In this document: positions 57,757 through 64,000 of the stretch, piece after piece
Position numbering within the stretch: the stretch's first letter is position 1
Layout: the number at the start of each line of letters is the position of its first letter
Virus record (IMG/VR): IMGVR_UViG_3300000478_000004
Reading direction: 5' to 3' (one strand)
Source of the DNA: an uncultured virus (IMG/VR IMGVR_UViG_3300000478_000004)
Lineage: Duplodnaviria; Heunggongvirae; Uroviricota; Caudoviricetes
Length of the DNA stretch: 64,000 bases
Notes under the pieces: model-generated
The model's input: the letters and a program-made list of their open reading frames with translations, nothing else
What the model was told of the DNA's origin: nothing
Databases searched by the model: none
Made by a program: the position numbers and the translations under genes

Positions 57757-58838
57757 TGAGCACTCGCTTTGTTGACAAGTACAGACCCAAGACCCTTTCC
57801 GAAGTAGTCGGCCAGCCTAAGGCCGTAGCCCAACTACAGGGCTTGTTAGAGTCTTCTAAGGTGGCGGGGAATACCATCCTCATATCCGGGCCATATGGCA
57901 CAGGAAAGACAACTCTTGCGAGAGTCATAGCTAAGGCCGTCAATTGTAAGGCGGGTGGTTCTGATCCCTGTGGGGAGTGTAAGTCTTGCTTGCTTGAGAA
58001 GGATAAGCACCCCGACATCGTAGAGATTAACGCCGCAGAAACTCGCGGCATCGATGACGTAAGGAACATCCTATCTCAGGCTAACTTCAGCCCCCGCTAC
58101 AAGGCCAGGGTTTTCATTTTAGACGAGCTTCACCAGCTTACTGGTGCTGCAGCCCAGGCATTCCTGAAAATGTTAGAGGAGCCTCCTGCACACACTGTGT
58201 TCATCCTTTGCACGACTGACCCTTATAAGCTTTTGGGCACCATACGAAGTAGGTCTGTATGGGTAAAGCTTTCTGATTTGGCTCCTCGTGATGTGGTTCG
58301 TCTCTTGGGACGTGTCTGCAAAAAAGAGGGACTCTCCTTCAACAAGGACGTCCTAAACTACATTGCAGAGTTGGCCTCTGGCCACGCAAGGGACGCTCTG
58401 ATGCTGCTTGAGCAGTTAGGCGCCGCCAGTCCCGACATGACGGCAGAGGAGGCCAGGGAGCAACTTCCAGCTATCGCAGAGGGAATTCTTGGGTCCTCTC
58501 CCGATGCACTGGTTCCAAAGTATGTGGACAAGTTGTTGTCGGGGACCATTGTTCCAATGGTATACCTTCGAAAGGTGGAAGACCCGACATACTTCCTTTC
58601 CCTCGTTCTAAAATTCCTCAAGGAGTTGGCCATCTATCGAATTGAGCCTCGTATGGTGGACAACCCTTCTATGCCTAATTTCGTCAAGTCTTCTGTAGGC
58701 AAGGAAGTTACGGACAGTAAGTTGACCTCTCTATTCGAGATCCACCTTGAAGCACAGACCAAGGCAAAGCACTTGTCTGACCCGCTAGACGTCATCGACT
58801 TGGCCATCTTGAAGTCTAGACAAGTGATGAGTTCCTGA
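57756..58838 (+). CDS. dnaX: Clamp loader, DNA polymerase III gamma/tau-like
   Basis: KYRPKTLSEVVGQ, GPYGTGKTT, C...PCGECKSC, EINAAETRGIDDVR, ILDELH, FLKMLEEPP, TIRSR, GHARDA. Confidence 0.92.
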   Translation: MSTRFVDKYRPKTLSEVVGQPKAVAQLQGLLESSKVAGNTILISGPYGTGKTTLARVIAKAVNCKAGGSDPCGECKSCLLEKDKHPDIVEINAAETRGIDDVRNILSQANFSPRYKARVFILDELHQLTGAAAQAFLKMLEEPPAHTVFILCTTDPYKLLGTIRSRSVWVKLSDLAPRDVVRLLGRVCKKEGLSFNKDVLNYIAELASGHARDALMLLEQLGAASPDMTAEEAREQLPAIAEGILGSSPDALVPKYVDKLLSGTIVPMVYLRKVEDPTYFLSLVLKFLKELAIYRIEPRMVDNPSMPNFVKSSVGKEVTDSKLTSLFEIHLEAQTKAKHLSDPLDVIDLAILKSRQVMSS

Positions 58839-59188
58839 TGCCGTACCACCTCCCTGTACTGCAGGCTTTGTCTGCTAACAAAGCCACTCTCTATAAGTCA
58901 CCGTCAGACGCGGTAACAGATTGCAGTTATTGTCGAGCACCTTGTTGTCAGCTTATTGTAGACCTTACAGACGAGGAGGTCCCTCGGTATGAGACGCAGG
59001 AGTCTCCTATTACTCCAGGCAAACGTGTTCTGAAGAGGAAAGAGTACGGGTATTGTGTCTACCACTCTATGGAGGTTGGGTGTACGATTTACGAAAATCG
59101 TCCCATCGTGTGCAGTCATTATTCCTGTAGATCCGATCGAAGGATAACTCCCTCTCTTAAGTACGGAAAGGCCAAGCCTCTACGATGA
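58838..59188 (+). CDS. YkgJ-family (CxxCxxCC) Zn/Fe-chelating protein
   Basis: CSYCRAPCC...CVY.....CTIYENRPIVCSHYSC. Confidence 0.85.
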   Translation: MPYHLPVLQALSANKATLYKSPSDAVTDCSYCRAPCCQLIVDLTDEEVPRYETQESPITPGKRVLKRKEYGYCVYHSMEVGCTIYENRPIVCSHYSCRSDRRITPSLKYGKAKPLR

Positions 59189-61473
59189 AGACCATATTCA
59201 AGAGGTTTAGGGTAAGAAATGCCCTAAGCTTTGAGTATGCGGACATGCCCCTTGAGGACCAGGGGTTTGTCCTTATAAAAGGAGAGAATCTAGACGAGGG
59301 AGGGTCAAACGGGTCTGGTAAGACTACGCTTTTTGAGCTTTTGTCTCTAAACATCTATGACAAGCTCACGAAAACTGACAGACGTGTTACCAAGTCTAAC
59401 CTTTTGAACGTACATCACCCAAAGGGCTTCATTACTCGTTTAGACTTCTCTTCAGACGGAGTGCCCTTTTGCAGCGAAAACTTCCGTTCGCACCCCAAGA
59501 AGGGCAACGGGATGAAGATATACAAGGAGTCGGTGGACGTGACACCCGACGACCCAAGGGAGGCGCGCAAGAGTCTCATAAAGCTTGTGGGTCTAAACTG
59601 GAGTGAATACCTAGGTAGAGTTTACCTAAGCCAAAGGTACACTCACATGATGATAGACGGTACCCCAGCGCAGAAGCGAGAGTACTTAAGCATGTCTTTT
59701 GGGTTAGACACTCTTGACATGATGACCAAAGAGGTAACCAAGAGATTGAACGCTATACCTCTTCCTGACGAGTCACAGCTTCAGTCGATGCTAGAGTCCG
59801 TAAATTCTGACTTAGACTCTTTGGGTGACCCGTCTGAAATAGACGCCAGGGTGCTTGACCTGTCGGACGAGCAGAAGAAGCTACAGGATACTCTCGTGAC
59901 TCTGCACGTGGACCTGGAAAAGAATGAGTCCGCTTATCAAGTTAATGAACAAAGGGAGGAGTGGGAGAGGAGGCTCAAGGCTCACAGCCTCTCCTTGAAA
60001 TCGTCTTCCTTGAAGAAAAAACTGGAGGAGAGCAGAGAGTTACTCTCCAGTGAACAAAAGAATCTTTCTTCCCTTCTTCGAAAAGAGAAATTAGAGTCTC
60101 AACTTTCCTCCCTGACAGAGGATATAGACCTATCTCTATCTAGCATTGGAGATATAGAGGCTAGTCTTGAGAAGGTGGAGTTTAAGCTAGAAAGACTGGA
60201 CACCTTGTTGCCTTCTGTAGAAAGAAGGGAATCTCTTTATTCTAAACTAGAAAAAATAGAAGAGGATGACCTATCTGTAGACTCATTGAAGTCTAGGGTA
60301 GCTAAGTGGGGCAATAAGTTGTCAGAGGCCAAGGGCAGTGTATCTGCTTTGCGCGCCGAACTTTCTAAATTGGAGTCATTAGGTGACGTTTGTTATGCTT
60401 GTCTACGTCCCATCGACTCTTCTCAAAAGAATGAGATGATAGAAGAGCGTAGGGAAAGCCTGTCTATGCTGGCACAACTTCAAAAGAAAGCGTCTACTGC
60501 ACTTACCGTCTACGAAGATAGACTAGAAAGTGCCAAAAAGAGGACTAGCATTCTTTCTGAGTTGGACGGTCTTCCCTCTCACGACGTAGATAAACTGAAG
60601 GCCTCCCTGGACACCCTCAAGAAGAAGAGGTCAGACCTTCGATCCTCTTTAAGTCTCCTGTCAAAGTACAGATCTGTAGTAGACCAGTTAGAGGAATTGG
60701 CTTCTGTTGGTGGTACAGTAGACCACAGTAGGTCTCGTATCGAGGAGTTGAATTCACTGATACCCTTGTTGGAGGATTCTTACGCCTGGTCTCTAAAAAA
60801 TGGGGACGTGTCATTCGATCCTGACGCTTTGGAAAGGGCTAGATTAGCCGTATCCTCTACGAATGAAGCGCTTTCCTCACTCAGTGAAGAGCTTATTTCT
60901 CTAAGGGAGATTTCTGTACGTATCTCTTCCCTGAAGAAGCAGAAAGAAGACCTGACCAGGACTTTAAATCGATCGTCAGAGGAGAAGCAGCGGTCTAGAG
61001 TACTTAGGTACTTGAACCTAACCCTGGACGACATGAAGAAAGCTGCGCTCAGAGATAGCGCTCAGCTTCTAAGTACTGTACTTCCAGTATACCTAAACCA
61101 GTTGTTCCCTGACGGGTCTATTCAACTGGAAGTTACGGATGACGCTGACGGGTTCGACCTCATGTTCCACAAAGGAGGTCACTCTATACCTCTTACACTA
61201 GTAAGTGGCGGTCAGTCTAAGAGAATAGGTCTGGCCATCATTTTTGCTTTCGCTAAGATGGGAAGGAACACCACAAACTTATTGATATGTGATGAACCCT
61301 TTCGCGACCTAGACAAAAAGGGCAGGGAGGCATGTTTCGAGGTTCTACGTGATTTTGACATGGGAACCGTTCTAATTACCTCTCATGACCAAGACATGTC
61401 GTCTCTTCGTCGCTACGACCAGGTTTGGACTGTAAAAATGAAAAATCATGTCAGTAGGCTGTACACGGAGTGA
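59185..61473 (+). CDS. SbcC/Rad50/gp46-like recombination ATPase
   Basis: GSNGSGKT, coiled coils, a CYAC zinc hook, and VSGGQ, ICDEP and ITSH motifs. Confidence 0.92.
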   Translation: MKTIFKRFRVRNALSFEYADMPLEDQGFVLIKGENLDEGGSNGSGKTTLFELLSLNIYDKLTKTDRRVTKSNLLNVHHPKGFITRLDFSSDGVPFCSENFRSHPKKGNGMKIYKESVDVTPDDPREARKSLIKLVGLNWSEYLGRVYLSQRYTHMMIDGTPAQKREYLSMSFGLDTLDMMTKEVTKRLNAIPLPDESQLQSMLESVNSDLDSLGDPSEIDARVLDLSDEQKKLQDTLVTLHVDLEKNESAYQVNEQREEWERRLKAHSLSLKSSSLKKKLEESRELLSSEQKNLSSLLRKEKLESQLSSLTEDIDLSLSSIGDIEASLEKVEFKLERLDTLLPSVERRESLYSKLEKIEEDDLSVDSLKSRVAKWGNKLSEAKGSVSALRAELSKLESLGDVCYACLRPIDSSQKNEMIEERRESLSMLAQLQKKASTALTVYEDRLESAKKRTSILSELDGLPSHDVDKLKASLDTLKKKRSDLRSSLSLLSKYRSVVDQLEELASVGGTVDHSRSRIEELNSLIPLLEDSYAWSLKNGDVSFDPDALERARLAVSSTNEALSSLSEELISLREISVRISSLKKQKEDLTRTLNRSSEEKQRSRVLRYLNLTLDDMKKAALRDSAQLLSTVLPVYLNQLFPDGSIQLEVTDDADGFDLMFHKGGHSIPLTLVSGGQSKRIGLAIIFAFAKMGRNTTNLLICDEPFRDLDKKGREACFEVLRDFDMGTVLITSHDQDMSSLRRYDQVWTVKMKNHVSRLYTE

Positions 61474-61477
61474 ATGA

Positions 61478-62713
61478 ATGTCAGGTTTAGTTGGCTTAGC
61501 TTTTACTTCTCCTTCCATTGCGGTAATGGTCATAAACAGATCTGTGTTTCGGGCCCATCTATACCAGAATCGTCCAGATGACCTGCACGCCTTTCTTCAG
61601 GACTCTGACGATAGACTTCCTATAGTCATTGTCGACGGTGTCAGTAGCCTGAGAAGACTGTCGACTGTACAAGGCGTCCACTGCTTTCTCGTCAACGACG
61701 ACCCCTTGGCTATTCAGGAGGTTGCTCCGGACGCCCTCCTGGACGCTGAATTTGACCCACTGTTCTCTGGCTTTAACAAAAAGAACATCACTCCGGAAGA
61801 CCTGAACCAGGCCCTTTCTTCTCCTTGCGCGTTTTCTCCTGAGGATTCTACGGACTCCAAGGTCAATTCCCTGGGAGAGAACATCACTTTTCGCGAAGTG
61901 CTTTCTAACGTAACTCAGGGAAGGGAGCTGGGTGACGACTTTGTAAAGAATGTATGCCTTTATCTTGTGGGTGCGCTTCACCGCAAGTCTTGGGTGTCTC
62001 GTGTACAAAAGCCTGCTCTTGCCCTGGGTGTTCCTGTTGAGAAACTTGCAGAGCTTGAGAAGTTCATAGAGACCACACACTCAGCGGAAATGCTTTGGAG
62101 GGCTTACTTCAACCACGTGGAAGCAGGAGTCCCTGTTGAAGATTGCGTTGCTCAGACAGAATCGGATTTTGAGGACCTGTCTCTTCTAATTTCTTCTTTA
62201 GGTACTGAGAAACAAAAGTGGGTAAAGAATCCGAAAGATAAGCCTCTTGTTGTAAAGAAGAAGAGGAGAGTGAGAAAGCTCAACAAAAGCGTCCTACAAG
62301 GAACTTCTATGACAATAGCACACAACCAAGGTGTACCGCCTGGTCACTTTGACTTACTCTCCACCCTTTCTCGTATAGACGAGAGTACTGGGTCCACCAA
62401 GTTCTCTCGAGCAGCTAGCGCCTTCATCTGTAAACTTGTAGACGCAAAGGTTTTAGGTCAAGCAAAGAGAAGGGCCCTATCTTCAGGTGCTTCGGCAGAT
62501 GACGTTGATGCCGTTCTTGCCTTTGTAAAAGAAGATCCCGTGGTGGAACCTTTGTGGAAATCCTTCTGCTATACTTCTTACTATCCTGGTGTAGCTCCCC
62601 TAGACGCTGCTAGGAAATTCGACGTCCCTGCTGCCTACCTATCCACCGTTCTCAGCTACAAACCCTTGGCTTTAGTTTTCGAATGGGCTTCTTGGCCTGA
62701 AGAACTGGAGTGA
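61478..62713 (+). CDS. Hypothetical protein with two similar helical halves
   Basis: 411 aa. ALALGVPVEKLAELEKFI...MLWRAY is echoed by ALSSGASADDVDAVLAFV...PLWKSF. Confidence 0.6.
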   Translation: MSGLVGLAFTSPSIAVMVINRSVFRAHLYQNRPDDLHAFLQDSDDRLPIVIVDGVSSLRRLSTVQGVHCFLVNDDPLAIQEVAPDALLDAEFDPLFSGFNKKNITPEDLNQALSSPCAFSPEDSTDSKVNSLGENITFREVLSNVTQGRELGDDFVKNVCLYLVGALHRKSWVSRVQKPALALGVPVEKLAELEKFIETTHSAEMLWRAYFNHVEAGVPVEDCVAQTESDFEDLSLLISSLGTEKQKWVKNPKDKPLVVKKKRRVRKLNKSVLQGTSMTIAHNQGVPPGHFDLLSTLSRIDESTGSTKFSRAASAFICKLVDAKVLGQAKRRALSSGASADDVDAVLAFVKEDPVVEPLWKSFCYTSYYPGVAPLDAARKFDVPAAYLSTVLSYKPLALVFEWASWPEELE

Positions 62714-62716
62714 AAC

Positions 62717-63253
62717 ATGGACAAAGAAGAGAGCTGGTTTACGCTCTACAGCGGGGCCAGATTCTATCCCTTCAGGGACAATCTAGAGGAGTCTATTCAC
62801 ATAGAAGACATTGCTTCTGCCTTGTCCCATCTCTGTAGGTTCAACGGTCATTGCACCCATTTCTACTCTGTAGCTGAGCACAGTGTTCTTTGTTCCCTAC
62901 AGGTCTCTCCACAGAATGCCATGGCTGCTCTTCTCCATGACGCTACCGAGGCATACGTAGGTGACCTCATACGCCCAATTAAGCGCTTCATGCCTGAGTT
63001 CGAGTCATTAGAGGACAGGATATGGTTGGCGGTGGCGCGTAAGTTTGGTCTTCCTGCTGTGTTACCTGATGAAGTACACTGGGCCGACAACTCTGTTCTT
63101 ATGGCGGAAGCTAGAGATTTACTGAACCCAGTGGGGGAGATAAAGTTTCCCTACATAGATGCTAGACCTCCTGCTGGACTCACTCTTACCAGACCACGTT
63201 CTCCATCAGAGGCTAAGTCCTACTTTCTTTCCAGGTTCGAAGAACTCTCATGA
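62717..63253 (+). CDS. HD-domain phosphohydrolase (YfbR-like 5'-deoxynucleotidase family)
   Basis: IEDIA..LS..CRFNGH...YSVAEHS...ALLHDATEAYVGD...P.K. Confidence 0.88.
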   Translation: MDKEESWFTLYSGARFYPFRDNLEESIHIEDIASALSHLCRFNGHCTHFYSVAEHSVLCSLQVSPQNAMAALLHDATEAYVGDLIRPIKRFMPEFESLEDRIWLAVARKFGLPAVLPDEVHWADNSVLMAEARDLLNPVGEIKFPYIDARPPAGLTLTRPRSPSEAKSYFLSRFEELS

Positions 63254-63519
63254 AGAAAACCCTTGACAACAGAAGGGTGTTTGTCAGTTCCTCTCTGCTT
63301 CTCATGTCGTCTATCAAGGATACCCGAGAACGTCAGGTTTTTAGAGGAACCTTCGACCCCGATAACGACTACAAGGGTGTTTTGGTTTTCATAGATTTCT
63401 TTCCTGAGGAACCTTTTCCTCATCTTTGCCGCTACATCTTTGTGAGAGATTCTGGAGCCCCAGAAGTAGTTGACTCTATTTTTGATCCATCTCTTGACAT
63501 CTCTTTTACTTCCATGTAG
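63250..63519 (+). CDS. Hypothetical protein
   Basis: 89 aa with an ATGA overlap. Confidence 0.5.
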   Translation: MKKTLDNRRVFVSSSLLLMSSIKDTRERQVFRGTFDPDNDYKGVLVFIDFFPEEPFPHLCRYIFVRDSGAPEVVDSIFDPSLDISFTSM

Positions 63520-63522
63520 TAT
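63494..63522 (+). promoter_or_regulatory. Sigma-70-type promoter for the tRNA cluster
   Basis: TTGACA-17 nt-TAGTAT, ending 10 nt before tRNA-Glu. Confidence 0.8.
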
Positions 63523-63532
63523 ACGACGTCCT

Positions 63533-63605
63533 GGCTCCATCGTCTAGTGGTCTAGGACCGCGCCCTTTCACGGCGTTAACACGGGTTCAAATCCCGTTGG
63601 AGTCA
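63533..63605 (+). tRNA. tRNA-Glu (TTC)
   Basis: Acceptor GGCTCCA/TGGAGTC, anticodon arm GCGCC-CTTTCAC-GGCGT, T-loop GGTTCAAATCC; CCA is not encoded (ACCG follows). Confidence 0.93.
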
Positions 63606-63621
63606 CCGAACAACCGAATAT

Positions 63622-63697
63622 CGGGGTATAGCTGAGCTTGGTTTAGCACGCGCTTTGGGAGCGCGGGACGTCAGTTCGAATCTGGCTACCCCGACCA
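63622..63697 (+). tRNA. tRNA-Pro (TGG)
   Basis: Acceptor CGGGGTA/TACCCCG-A-CCA, anticodon arm CGCGC-TTTGGGA-GCGCG, T-loop TTCGAAT. Confidence 0.93.
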
Positions 63698-63712
63698 ACC
63701 TTATATAAACTC

Positions 63713-64000
63713 ATGCCTACAGACCATGAGTTATTTCTTCTAAGGACCATTGTCAGTGCTGTGGGGGACCTGTCTACCAAAGACACCCACGGTGTTGACA
63801 GGGGTTTCCTTATGTCTTTGTCTATGACGTTAGATGCTCTTCTCGTACCATCTACGGATAAGACTATATTTAGTCAAATTCGTATTAAATTCGACGGTCT
63901 ACCCTCAGAAGGAAGAACAGGAGTTCTATACCTAGCTCTTCTTTCTGTGTGTGACCTGGCTGTTGATTTTTCGTTGCAGAAAGCAGAGGAGCTAGGCACT
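63713..64000 (+). CDS. Partial hypothetical protein running off the window end
   Basis: ATG 63713 (MPTDHELFLLRTIV...) stays open to base 64000. Confidence 0.55.
   Translation, partial: MPTDHELFLLRTIVSAVGDLSTKDTHGVDRGFLMSLSMTLDALLVPSTDKTIFSQIRIKFDGLPSEGRTGVLYLALLSVCDLAVDFSLQKAEELGT

Noticed and set aside
58320..58326. AAAAAAG run in the dnaX-like gene, resembling the E. coli gamma/tau frameshift site
   Set aside because: It is read TGC AAA AAA GAG, the wrong register for A-AAA-AAG, and lies mid-domain where a shift would truncate the protein.
62717..63253. HD hydrolase as the DatZ of a Z-genome (2-aminoadenine) system
   Set aside because: No PurZ or MazZ is in the window, and the motifs fit the widespread YfbR-like phage family; it cannot be supported from this sequence.
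123..63540. Numerous minus-strand ORFs, e.g. 43106-43774, 46686-47219, 47367-47918 and 61559-62080
   Set aside because: All lie antisense to well-supported + strand genes and show no motifs; they are shadows of biased or low-complexity codon usage.
1..64000. Alternative genetic code (stop-codon reassignment)
   Set aside because: Long conserved genes are intact under code 11, and TAG, TGA and TAA all end genes at tight junctions.
1..64000. Nucleus-forming (chimallin/PhuZ) or multisubunit RNA polymerase phage
   Set aside because: No tubulin, chimallin or RNA polymerase motifs were recognised here. A sigma-like factor and a sigma-70 promoter suggest use of host RNA polymerase.

Overview
A 64-kb segment of a large, probably jumbo, contractile-tailed dsDNA bacteriophage. 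The roughly 60 genes are all on the + strand, tightly packed, often with ATGA/GTGA/TTGA overlaps, and read in standard code 11. In order: virion and fibre genes with a possible lysis pair (1-18 kb); small basic/acidic proteins and a 1452-aa SNF2 helicase; a family A DNA polymerase with an N-terminal uracil-DNA-glycosylase-like domain; two type IIA topoisomerase subunits separated by four genes, including a matrixin-like protease and a fatty-acid-hydroxylase/sterol-desaturase protein; a dNMP kinase; a DNA methyltransferase; the tail module (sheath, tube, tail assembly chaperone, tape measure); an HNH protein; a vWA plus MoxR AAA+ pair; a sigma-70-like factor; a DnaX-like clamp loader; a YkgJ-type Cys-cluster protein; SbcC/Rad50; an HD hydrolase; and tRNA-Glu and tRNA-Pro behind a near-consensus sigma-70 promoter. 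Two signals are not shown by the ORF track. The first is a C-CCT-TTA -1 frameshift that joins two ORFs into a G/GT-type chaperone. The second is a short L-x-x-[IL]-A-x6-G helical motif found five times in three otherwise unrelated acidic proteins, a candidate capsid-targeting or scaffold tag. All product calls come from motif recognition by eye; no database searches were run.
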